Shown here piece by piece: positions 18,753 through 26,681 of a DNA stretch of 64,000 bases (positions within the stretch are counted from its first letter, which is position 1; every line of letters begins with the position of its first letter). Both the position numbers and the translations under genes were made by a program. The DNA lies in IMG/VR virus record IMGVR_UViG_2585428076_000002; one strand, given 5' to 3'. The notes beneath the pieces are model-generated. The model was not told the DNA's origin. It ran no database searches and saw only the letters and a list, made by a program, of their open reading frames with translations. The stretch comes from an uncultured virus (IMG/VR IMGVR_UViG_2585428076_000002) (lineage: Duplodnaviria; Heunggongvirae; Uroviricota; Caudoviricetes).

Positions 18753-19163
18753 ATGGACGGGTTCGGAGAACGACTTAGACGGTTGAGAAAAGACTGCGAC
18801 ATCACACAGAGCCAGTTGGCAGAAGTCATCGGCGTTGTGCCGTCCGCAATCGGGAAATACGAGCGCATACCGCAGGCGTTCCCGAGCGTGGAGGCGTTGA
18901 TAAAGATAGCCGACTACTTCAATGTGAGCATCGACTATCTGCTGAGAGGGACGCAAACCGTCCCTGCCGTTGAGAACAATATCAGCGGCCAGCTAACAAA
19001 CAGCCCATTCATCCAAGCCAACCACGGAGGCGTGGTGATTAACGGAGAGCAATCCATTTCGCCGGAGGCGATGGAGCTGCTGCATATCTACGAACAGCTG
19101 AGCGGCAGGGAGCGGTTAAAACTGCTTAACTTTGCCGTCGAGTTAGAGGAGGGTACAAAATGA
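18753..19163 (+). CDS. CI-like XRE repressor
   Basis: FGERLRRLRK..ITQSQLAE..IGKYE..IADYFNVSIDYLL. Confidence 0.85.
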   Translation: MDGFGERLRRLRKDCDITQSQLAEVIGVVPSAIGKYERIPQAFPSVEALIKIADYFNVSIDYLLRGTQTVPAVENNISGQLTNSPFIQANHGGVVINGEQSISPEAMELLHIYEQLSGRERLKLLNFAVELEEGTK

Positions 19164-19594
19164 AAGTATCACTGGACATTAAAAAGAAGTGCGCATTCTT
19201 CTGGCTGCGGGCAATCCGCTCCGCACGTATCGACAAATGCTGTGCGAAATGCTTTATTGGCGACGCCTTTCACGAGATATTCGAGGGGACGCGCTACAAA
19301 GACAAGGCTCATGTGGAGCTGGACATTGAACCGGACGCAAGGGTAAAAGCCTACTATCTCTGCGGGCTGAGCAACGGCTTTAAGTATGACGAGAATACGC
19401 ACGTGGCTTTCGTTCCGTGCGAGGGACAGAATATTGAGATTGAAAATGACCGGATTCGGCTGGTGATTACGGATGCTCGCCAGATTGACTTCCAAAGCTA
19501 CCAGCCCCACCCAGAGGGCGAATTTACCGAGGAGCAGCGCACCTGCCGTAACTGGATCTTCGCCAACTACCTGTTAGACGGGATGCCGCTGTGA
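19160..19594 (+). CDS. Hypothetical protein, paralog 2 of the three-member family
   Basis: Same motifs as 5101-5559; overlaps both the repressor and integrase genes. Confidence 0.8.
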   Translation: MKVSLDIKKKCAFFWLRAIRSARIDKCCAKCFIGDAFHEIFEGTRYKDKAHVELDIEPDARVKAYYLCGLSNGFKYDENTHVAFVPCEGQNIEIENDRIRLVITDARQIDFQSYQPHPEGEFTEEQRTCRNWIFANYLLDGMPL

Positions 19595-20994
19595 GACGGG
19601 CAGCCCTCTATATCCGCGTTTCCACGCTGGAACAGGCACAAGAGGGCTACTCCGTAGGAGAGCAACGGGAGCGCCTGATTGCGTACTGCAAGGCGCAGGA
19701 TTGGCTCATAGCGGACATATATGTGGATGGGGGCTACACAGGCAGCAACCTGAACCGCCCCGGCATCCAAAAGCTGATGAGCGAGACAGAGAAGTTCGAT
19801 GTGGTGCTGGTCTACAAGTTGGACCGGCTCTCCCGCTCGCAGCGGGACACACTGTATCTCATCGAGGAGATATTCAGGCCGAACAAGGTGGATTTCGTCT
19901 CCATGCAGGAGAGCTTCGATACCTCGTCCCCGTTCGGCAAAGCCATGATAGGTCTGCTTGCGGTATTCGCCCAGCTGGAACGTGAGCAGATAAAGGAGCG
20001 CACGTGGATGGGGCGAGTGGCTCGTGCCAAAACCGGGCTTCACCACGGAGGCGGGAACATCCCTATCGGGTATGACTACGAGGACGGCAAGCTCATCGTA
20101 AACCCATACGAGGCAGAACAGGTTCGGAAGATATATGAGTGGTATCTTTCCGGTTCGTCACTGAAAGCAATAACCGATAAATTGCAGGACGCGGGGTACA
20201 CGAACAAGTACAGCAGCTACAATTCGTGGTCGAGCGTGAGAAACATCTTGGAGAATGAAACCTATATCGGGCGTCTGCACTTCGGAGATGTCGTTGTGGA
20301 TCACGCGCATGAAGCGATAATAACGGAGGAACAATTCAATGCCGCACAGATATTGCGTGGAAAGCGCAGAGAGCAGTTCGGGAGCCACGCTTTCCAATCC
20401 AAGCACGTGCTGACCGGACTTCTGTTCTGCGGACACTGCGGAGGCCGGTACTACCTGCGCAACACGGGGAAATACTCTTATTATGCCTGCTACTCCCGAA
20501 CAAAGCAGATGAAGAACATGATAAAGGACCCGAACTGCCAGAATAAGATATGGCGGGCGCAGGACTTGGAGCCTATCATTGAGGAAAAGATACTGGCGCT
20601 GCTGCGCAATCCAAAGATTGCAGAGGAGCTTGCCGCCGGCAAGCCGAAAGCCGCAGCCCCGGTAAGCAAGAACACTGATATTGAGCGCCGCATCCGTGAG
20701 ATAGACCGTCAGATCGGAAAGCTGATGGAGCTTTATCAGCAGGATGATATACCGCCCGAGCTGCTCGGTGAGAAGATAAACCGGCTGTACGGCGAGAAAA
20801 CCGCATTGGAAAACTCCATCGCCCCGGTCGAGGAAACCAATGCTATGCCGCTCGATTTAGTGGCCGAGCTTATAACCAACGCTGCGGAAATATGGGACTT
20901 CGCCGATGAGAACCAGAAACGGCGCATCCTGCAAAGCCTCATATCCCGAATTGTCCTGACCGACGACCAAGTTGATATTGAGTGGGCGTTTTAG
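19591..20994 (+). CDS. Large serine recombinase (integrase)
   Basis: YIRVST catalytic Ser, DRLSR, recombinase domain, LLFCGHCG..YYAC zinc ribbon, coiled coil. Confidence 0.95.
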   Translation: MRRAALYIRVSTLEQAQEGYSVGEQRERLIAYCKAQDWLIADIYVDGGYTGSNLNRPGIQKLMSETEKFDVVLVYKLDRLSRSQRDTLYLIEEIFRPNKVDFVSMQESFDTSSPFGKAMIGLLAVFAQLEREQIKERTWMGRVARAKTGLHHGGGNIPIGYDYEDGKLIVNPYEAEQVRKIYEWYLSGSSLKAITDKLQDAGYTNKYSSYNSWSSVRNILENETYIGRLHFGDVVVDHAHEAIITEEQFNAAQILRGKRREQFGSHAFQSKHVLTGLLFCGHCGGRYYLRNTGKYSYYACYSRTKQMKNMIKDPNCQNKIWRAQDLEPIIEEKILALLRNPKIAEELAAGKPKAAAPVSKNTDIERRIREIDRQIGKLMELYQQDDIPPELLGEKINRLYGEKTALENSIAPVEETNAMPLDLVAELITNAAEIWDFADENQKRRILQSLISRIVLTDDQVDIEWAF

Positions 20995-21002
20995 CGCAAA
21001 AG

Positions 21003-21048
21003 AAAAAGCCCTCCCGCGCAGGAATAATCCTGCACGGGAGGGCTTTTT
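21003..21048. terminator. Bidirectional terminator between integrase and holin
   Basis: aaaaagccctcccg / cgggagggcttttt long hairpin between convergent stop codons. Confidence 0.85.
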
Positions 21049-21051
21049 GGC

Positions 21052-21540
21052 TCACTTAGTTTCGGTGCTCAGCTGAGATACCGCGATGGTAGCGGCGGTG
21101 GCAGCCGCAGTGCTGGCAGCCACTTCGGTGGCTCCGCTGGTGGAAGACGGGAGCGCAATCTTCTGGCGGCGCACCTCGGCTTCAATTTTAGTCGTCAGGT
21201 ACTCGGTGAGGTCGCCATACAGAGCCTCGATAAACGCCTGAGCAGCGGGGCTGATGGACGCCAGACAAGCGGTTAGCGCCTTTCGCGCTGCCTCTTTCTG
21301 GGCCTCCAAGTCAAACTTACCGGCCTGCTTCAAAGCGTCAACGTAGGTCTGGCTGGTGGCTGCTACGGCAGCGGAAACCGCATCAGCGATTTCCGTGATG
21401 TAGCCCTGCGCCTTGACATCATCCGTCTCGGCGGCCACATTTGCGGCAACCCGCTTGATGTAGGTGATGGCGAATGCGGTCAGCACAGGAACCGCAGCCG
21501 TGATTACGGCAATCAACAGGTCAGACAAAAGTTCGTTCAT
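21052..21540 (-). CDS. Holin-like protein
   Basis: N-terminal TM helix; AV.ATSQTYVD.LK..G.F...IEAEV pattern; follows the endolysin. Confidence 0.7.
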   Translation of the reverse strand: MNELLSDLLIAVITAAVPVLTAFAITYIKRVAANVAAETDDVKAQGYITEIADAVSAAVAATSQTYVDALKQAGKFDLEAQKEAARKALTACLASISPAAQAFIEALYGDLTEYLTTKIEAEVRRQKIALPSSTSGATEVAASTAAATAATIAVSQLSTETK

Positions 21541-21556
21541 GGTGATAACCTCCTAA

Positions 21557-23083
21557 TTACATTTTTTCGCAGTGGTCGAGGGAGATCCAGCCTGCACCGG
21601 ATTTCAGCTTGCCCCACTTCGAGGCTCCCGTGCCGGTGGCCTCCTGCACGATGGTGTAGACGCCCGGCTTGATTACACCTTTCTTGGCGTTGTTCGTGCC
21701 GGGGCCGCTGCGGATATTCAGGTCGGTGATTTTCACACGAACCATATAGTTGACCGCAGCAGAGCCGCCGGCCACCGAGACAGCGCTTGCGTCCACCCAT
21801 CCGTAGACGTTGCTTGTGCCGTTGGTGTGGATGACGTGATACGGATGCTTGGCGTTAGCGGACACAGCTGTGATTTTGGCGGGACCAGCCTTTGCAGCGG
21901 AGCCGCTGGCGGCGTTTGCACTGGTGTAGTGCTTACCGCCCGCAAAATTCACAACCGTGCCTACGCTCAGCCCAGAAGCAGGGGCGCTCGGCGTCGAGGG
22001 CTGTACAGTGGAGCCTCCAAGCTGCGCTGTTACCTTGCTGGCGAGGTCTCCCATACGGGCGAACATCCAGTTTCCGGGGCAGCTTTTGTTGGCGAACCAT
22101 CTGTGGACGGTCAAGACCATCTCATCCGACTTCGGAGAGTAGTTGAGCGTCTTGTTCTTGTCGCCCAGCCAAAGCAGCTTCTTCTTGCCGTTGCGCTTGC
22201 AGATGTCCACGCAGAGCGCGATGAGCTTCTGGTACACTACGTCCTTAAAAGCGTAAGGCTCAGTGGTGTCAGACGCGCACTCGATGGTTACGGCCCGCTG
22301 GTCGTTGGCGTTGGAAGAAGTACACCAAGAACGGTTGCCCTCGTCCACGCACAGAAGCACCCGCCCGTCCGGGCCGATGCCATAATTGCAGGACGCCTGA
22401 CGGGATGTGGGGGCAAAGATATTGCCCAGCGTCTCAACAGAGCACTGGCCCACCACACAATGCGGAGTGATGCGGTCAATGGCGTGGGTGCGCTTACCCG
22501 AATGGTTCGGGCTGAGTTTTGTGTAGTTTACAAGTGGGCTGTTTCCCATAAGATTTCCTCCATTTCCGGGCTTTGCTGCTGCGGCATACCTGTCAAAGTA
22601 GGTCTGCCCATAGCCGGCCCTTTTCACCTTTACCGCCTCGCTCTGGTCTGCGGGGCGCTCAAAATTGAGAAGAACGCTGTCGCTGGCAGCCCGCACGGTG
22701 GTGGCGGTTTTCAGCGTGGACAGAACCTGCTTGTAGCTGCCTGACAGCTCTTGAAAAAGAAAATCGAGCTGCATTTCCAAGTCCCCGATGGACTTTCCTG
22801 CGGCTCGTGCGAAGTCAAGCATATTCTGTTTTCTGCTCCAAAACGTCCACTGCGCGAGGCCATATCCGGCGCTGTCACGGACAAAGTTCTGATACGAGCC
22901 GCTATCCACAGCGGCGGTATAGCTGTCATCCGTAAAGCCCAGCTTCTTCTCGTAGGTGTTTTGCAGGTTCTTCGGGGAAAGCCCGCTCTCTGCGAACAGG
23001 TTTCCCATCAACCCTGCGGCGCCGGCTTTGCTCAGCCCTTTCCCGATGAGGTAGTTCCAGATCCTCTCCTCATTCGTGCTCAT
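21557..23083 (-). CDS. Endolysin: tail-lysozyme-like domain + N-acetylmuramoyl-L-alanine amidase + SH3-like domain
   Basis: GLMGNLFAES..YGLAQWT; ITPHC..ASCNYGIG..TIEC..HRWFANKSCPG; LNIRSGPG..GWISL. Confidence 0.85.
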   Translation of the reverse strand: MSTNEERIWNYLIGKGLSKAGAAGLMGNLFAESGLSPKNLQNTYEKKLGFTDDSYTAAVDSGSYQNFVRDSAGYGLAQWTFWSRKQNMLDFARAAGKSIGDLEMQLDFLFQELSGSYKQVLSTLKTATTVRAASDSVLLNFERPADQSEAVKVKRAGYGQTYFDRYAAAAKPGNGGNLMGNSPLVNYTKLSPNHSGKRTHAIDRITPHCVVGQCSVETLGNIFAPTSRQASCNYGIGPDGRVLLCVDEGNRSWCTSSNANDQRAVTIECASDTTEPYAFKDVVYQKLIALCVDICKRNGKKKLLWLGDKNKTLNYSPKSDEMVLTVHRWFANKSCPGNWMFARMGDLASKVTAQLGGSTVQPSTPSAPASGLSVGTVVNFAGGKHYTSANAASGSAAKAGPAKITAVSANAKHPYHVIHTNGTSNVYGWVDASAVSVAGGSAAVNYMVRVKITDLNIRSGPGTNNAKKGVIKPGVYTIVQEATGTGASKWGKLKSGAGWISLDHCEKM

Positions 23084-23095
23084 GCTTTACTCCTT

Positions 23096-23455
23096 TCAAC
23101 CGGTCCCGGAGTTTGTGTGTTCGTCAGAGGGCCTGTCCCTGTCCGGCCACCGGTTATTTTTACTCAGGTTTTCGACAGCGGATTTTATACAGTAGGCAAG
23201 CACCACACCGATAATCTCCGTAACTGCCACTTGGGACAGGCTCTCGGCAATCTGCATCTTATCGAGGTAGGCAAGGATATAGCTGCACCATACCCACGCA
23301 AACCCGTTTATCAGGCAGACCCAGATTACCTTTTTGGTAGTCTCCGCTTTCTGCTTCTTCGTCTTGCGGCTCTTTCCGCTGCTCAAGCGAATCAGCAAGA
23401 GAGAGCCTAAGACGCCGAGGAAAACGGATGCTACCGCAGTAAGAACAATTACCAC
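23096..23455 (-). CDS. Membrane protein (lysis cassette)
   Basis: Three hydrophobic segments. Confidence 0.65.
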   Translation of the reverse strand: MVIVLTAVASVFLGVLGSLLLIRLSSGKSRKTKKQKAETTKKVIWVCLINGFAWVWCSYILAYLDKMQIAESLSQVAVTEIIGVVLAYCIKSAVENLSKNNRWPDRDRPSDEHTNSGTG

Positions 23456-23471
23456 GGCATTCCTCCTCCTT

Positions 23472-23855
23472 TTACTTCACAGGCAGCTCCATGACTTCCT
23501 CCATGAGCTTGTCCAGATTCCCATTCCCGCCAAGCGCGTTATGATAAACGCCGTGCATATCAATCAGGTCTTGGCGGTCGTCAAAGTCGATCTTGCCGTC
23601 CCGAATGAATCGTCTGCCCAGATATTTGATGCGGTCGTGCAGAATCACACGCTCACCGACCCGCAAAGAAGCAAGGTCATCTTGGAGCCGTTTTGTCGTG
23701 TCCTTTTCCTGCTGCTCATCGGCAGCCTGCTTGTCAGCGTCCCTGTCCTCTTTGGCGGCCTTGCGGTTAAGATGCCACATGATTACCCCGTCAAGGGTCT
23801 TCATCGCGGCAGCCGCAACGCCGCCACTTAACAGGCAGAGCACAATTTCGTTCAT
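23472..23855 (-). CDS. Membrane-anchored phage protein (lysis cassette)
   Basis: N-terminal hydrophobic helix; C-terminal YH.ALGGNG....M..V..LP motif. Confidence 0.7.
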   Translation of the reverse strand: MNEIVLCLLSGGVAAAAMKTLDGVIMWHLNRKAAKEDRDADKQAADEQQEKDTTKRLQDDLASLRVGERVILHDRIKYLGRRFIRDGKIDFDDRQDLIDMHGVYHNALGGNGNLDKLMEEVMELPVK

Positions 23856-23874
23856 TTCAATCCCTCCTCTGAGA

Positions 23875-24537
23875 TTACAGCCCGTCAATTACCTCGACGG
23901 CATAGTCCAGGCAGCTTTTTGCCGTCTGGTTTTTCTCCCGCCAGTATTCTGCCGCCCCTCCCGAAAGGCTGTCTGCTACGGCCTTGATGATAAGGCACGG
24001 GACGCGGTTTCGGTCGCAGGTGAGCAGAATGGCTGCGGATTCCATGTCGCAGATGTCGGCTCCGAACTCGTTGTGCAGCCATAGCTTCTCTGCGGCGTCT
24101 CCCACAAACTTGTCACCGGATGCGCAAACCACCCGGCGAAGTTCGGGGGAGGCCAGCTCCGTGAAAGCAGTGCTTACCGGCAGCAGCCGGTCTGGGTATT
24201 CCAAATAGCGGCCAGCTGGCACATTATCAACGGCAAACAGGTCGTACTGATAATGCGCCACCTTTACCACGACGCACACCTCGCCGGGGTGCAAGTTATC
24301 AGTGCAGCCGCCCACAACGCCATAGTTGAGGACCGCCGCCACTTTGTACTTGTCGATGAGGTACTGCGTCGCTGCCGCCGCATAAATTTCGCCAGCTCCA
24401 CACCGTATGGCATAGAGCTGGCAATTCTTCGTCTGATAGAGGGTCACGCCCATTTTGTCTTTCGTGGGGCGGCCCTCTCCAAACCGTTGCCGCAGAGCGT
24501 CATCCTCCACGGCAACCACCAATCCTACTTTTCTCAC
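23875..24537 (-). CDS. mtnN: 5'-methylthioadenosine/S-adenosylhomocysteine nucleosidase (PNP_UDP family)
   Basis: CGAGEIYAAAATQ.LI, LNYGVVGG, ASGDKFV, DMESAAI, IKAVAD motifs. Confidence 0.8.
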   Translation of the reverse strand: MRKVGLVVAVEDDALRQRFGEGRPTKDKMGVTLYQTKNCQLYAIRCGAGEIYAAAATQYLIDKYKVAAVLNYGVVGGCTDNLHPGEVCVVVKVAHYQYDLFAVDNVPAGRYLEYPDRLLPVSTAFTELASPELRRVVCASGDKFVGDAAEKLWLHNEFGADICDMESAAILLTCDRNRVPCLIIKAVADSLSGGAAEYWREKNQTAKSCLDYAVEVIDGL

Positions 24538-24728
24538 GACTGTTCACTCGGCGCGGCAGACTTTGCCGCGTACTCCTCTCCGGTGATCTCCTTGTACTTT
24601 TCAGCGGTAATCTCGCCGTCCTCCACGCGGGACGCCAGCTCGGTCTTTACCCCGCTGCGGCGGTAATCGGGAACGGAATCCCAAACCTGTGTACCGGCAA
24701 TCAGTCTGTTAGCCCAAATTTTGTTCAT
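24534..24728 (-). CDS. Small XkdX-like tail-associated protein
   Basis: MNKIWANRLIAGT..W..VP...ITAEKYKEITGEEY; GGAGG RBS. Confidence 0.65.
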   Translation of the reverse strand: MNKIWANRLIAGTQVWDSVPDYRRSGVKTELASRVEDGEITAEKYKEITGEEYAAKSAAPSEQS

Positions 24729-25164
24729 TGATAGTACCTCCCTCACTAATTGTGCTGATGATAGCGTCAATTTCGCATACAGCGTCCTCAACGGCGCTGA
24801 TACGCACGTCGTTCGCGTCGTCCTGCTCGCACAGGGCGTCTTCGATTTCGCCCATCCGTGCGCCGGCAAGCTCGTCGTACTCGCACAGGGCGTCTTCCAA
24901 TGCGGCAGTGCTCTCCACAAGCTGCTGGGCGACGGGGCCGGTCTTATCGGTAAACCGGTAGTGCCGGTCAATCTCGTACCAGTCGTAGCAGTTTCCCTCG
25001 CCGTCCTCCAAGCTGTCCAGCTTGCGGACTACGCGGAAACAGTCTGTCACGGTCTGGTCGGGATAGCTCCGCTCGATCTGGTGAAACCCGGTCAAGTCGG
25101 AATGCTCACTGCCCTTTGTCTTGAGGACTTCGATGTCTTCCTGCGTTCCAAATACATACTCCAC
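24709..25164 (-). CDS. Hypothetical protein with EDALCE heptad-like repeats
   Basis: 151 aa; AGGAGG RBS lies inside the RT 3' end. Confidence 0.7.
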   Translation of the reverse strand: MEYVFGTQEDIEVLKTKGSEHSDLTGFHQIERSYPDQTVTDCFRVVRKLDSLEDGEGNCYDWYEIDRHYRFTDKTGPVAQQLVESTAALEDALCEYDELAGARMGEIEDALCEQDDANDVRISAVEDAVCEIDAIISTISEGGTINEQNLG

Positions 25165-26288
25165 GTCAGTTCCTCCTTTCGCTGCTTTTGACGGATGATT
25201 CTTTTCAGGTCACGCACAAGGCGTTCGCCTTTATACAGAAGCCGGTAAAGGTTGTAGTTATTGCAGTGTTTCAGCTGTCCGAGCCTTGAAATCAGGCTCG
25301 CAGCCGCTCCTGCCATGATGCGCTTGCCCTGTCTCTTTCTCTTGCGGTATCGGGCAATCGCCCGTTTGATGCGCAGGAGATTGTGCTTGCGCGGAATTGT
25401 GAAGCCTCGACCGTACCGATACCCTACGGCGTTTGGCAGACGGCTCTTTTGCCTCGCAAATCCGCGCCTCGGTGGTTCCAGCGGCGTCTTCGGGTTTACG
25501 CGGGCAATCGGAAATATCTGCCAGTCGCCTTTCAGCTCAAGCTGGTGCTCCGTCAGCCATTTCTCAACGAGAAGCCGGAGCTTTTTCAGCTTTCGCTTAT
25601 TCGGGCCGAACACCGTGAGGTTGTCCATGTACCGGACATAGTGGGCGCACAGCCCGCTATTACGGATCATCTGGTCCAGCGGCTGCAAAACGGTGTTTGC
25701 GAACCACTGCGAGGTATAGGAGCCGATACGGACGCCATCTTTCACAATGCGCCAAATCAGGTCGAGGACATGCCGGTCTTTAATCAGGCGGCGCATACGG
25801 TCCATTACGACCTCCGGTTTCAGGCTGTCATAGAAATGGCGCACATCGCCGCACAGCTCGTACCGAGTGCCTTTCAGGTCGTGATTCATCCAGCTTTCGA
25901 TTGCCGCCCGTGCTTGGTGCGGGCCTCTGTCCCTAATACTGCCGCAGCAGTAATGGTCCATGCCCCGCATGAAGATTGGCTGCAAAATCTGGATAAGCGC
26001 GTGATGGACATACTGGTCGGGCCACTGCGCGGGTTCGCTCACCGTTCTCCACTTCTGGGCGCTTGCGTCCCATCTGCGGGTCGTGTGAGGCGGTTTCTGT
26101 TCAAAGCCGTCGATGATAATTTGCCGCAGCTCCTTGATGCGCTCCTCTTTGGTCTCCTCCACCCAAGCAGTGCATTTATTCGGGCGGTGGTGGGTGCGCC
26201 AATGATGTGTGCGGTTTACTTCGTCGATGGCTCTTGATAAATTCTCATCTGAGATTAAAGGTTCAAATAGGTTCTTTGCTCTTTTCAC
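25092..26288 (-). CDS. DGR reverse transcriptase
   Basis: IGSYTSQWFAN (DGR-type IGxxxSQ), DVRHFYDS, YVRYMDN; GTG start after AGGAGG; adjacent TR/VR pair. Confidence 0.92.
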   Translation of the reverse strand: MKRAKNLFEPLISDENLSRAIDEVNRTHHWRTHHRPNKCTAWVEETKEERIKELRQIIIDGFEQKPPHTTRRWDASAQKWRTVSEPAQWPDQYVHHALIQILQPIFMRGMDHYCCGSIRDRGPHQARAAIESWMNHDLKGTRYELCGDVRHFYDSLKPEVVMDRMRRLIKDRHVLDLIWRIVKDGVRIGSYTSQWFANTVLQPLDQMIRNSGLCAHYVRYMDNLTVFGPNKRKLKKLRLLVEKWLTEHQLELKGDWQIFPIARVNPKTPLEPPRRGFARQKSRLPNAVGYRYGRGFTIPRKHNLLRIKRAIARYRKRKRQGKRIMAGAAASLISRLGQLKHCNNYNLYRLLYKGERLVRDLKRIIRQKQRKEELTWSMYLERRKTSKSSRQRAVSIPT

Positions 26289-26440
26289 AGGGACTGGTAT
26301 CCTCCTTTTAGCTGTACGAGCTTTCCAACGCCTCTTTCGAGGTGTACTAACCCGCTCCCTGAACTGCTTATCTTCACCGAGAGGTGCGCGACTACCTGTG
26401 CCGTGGTTTGGAGGTTTGTCAGCAAGACACATAAAAGGGT

Positions 26441-26577
26441 GCGGCAGCCGATGTTCGTGTTCGAGTTCGACACGCTGTTGTAGTTGACGTAGAACAAACC
26501 GTGGTTGGTGTTGCGGTTATAGTTGCCACCAACGTAGAGGCACGGGTTCGACGAGTTGAAGTTCCAGTTATCGCACG
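26441..26577 (-). repeat. DGR template repeat (TR), 137 bp
   Basis: AAC-rich; differs from VR at 17 positions, every one an A in TR on the coding strand. Confidence 0.97.
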
Positions 26578-26626
26578 TCACGCCGAACAGTTGACATCGG
26601 TACTGCACAGGTAGCCCCGGATGGTC

Positions 26627-26672
26627 CCCGCGCTCCGCGCGGGTCCCTTGTGAGGGGGCTTCGCCCCCTCAC
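26627..26672 (-). other. Two tandem GC-rich hairpins with GGA and GAA triloops downstream of VR (retrohoming signal)
   Basis: cccgcgc-tcc-gcgcggg (26627-26643) and gtgagggggc-ttc-gccccctcac (26650-26672). Confidence 0.8.
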
Positions 26673-26681
26673 GCTCCCCCA

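Noticed and set aside
20995..21051. attP/attL next to the integrase
   Set aside because: The gap is fully occupied by a bidirectional terminator and phage genes continue on both sides
25092..26432. RT as a group II intron or retron, and the longer 446-aa start
   Set aside because: The TR/VR pair and IGxxxSQ motif identify a DGR; the RBS supports GTG at 26288
26285..26608. 107-aa Asn-rich ORF resembling the adhesin C-terminus
   Set aside because: It is the DGR template repeat read in frame, not evidence of a separate protein
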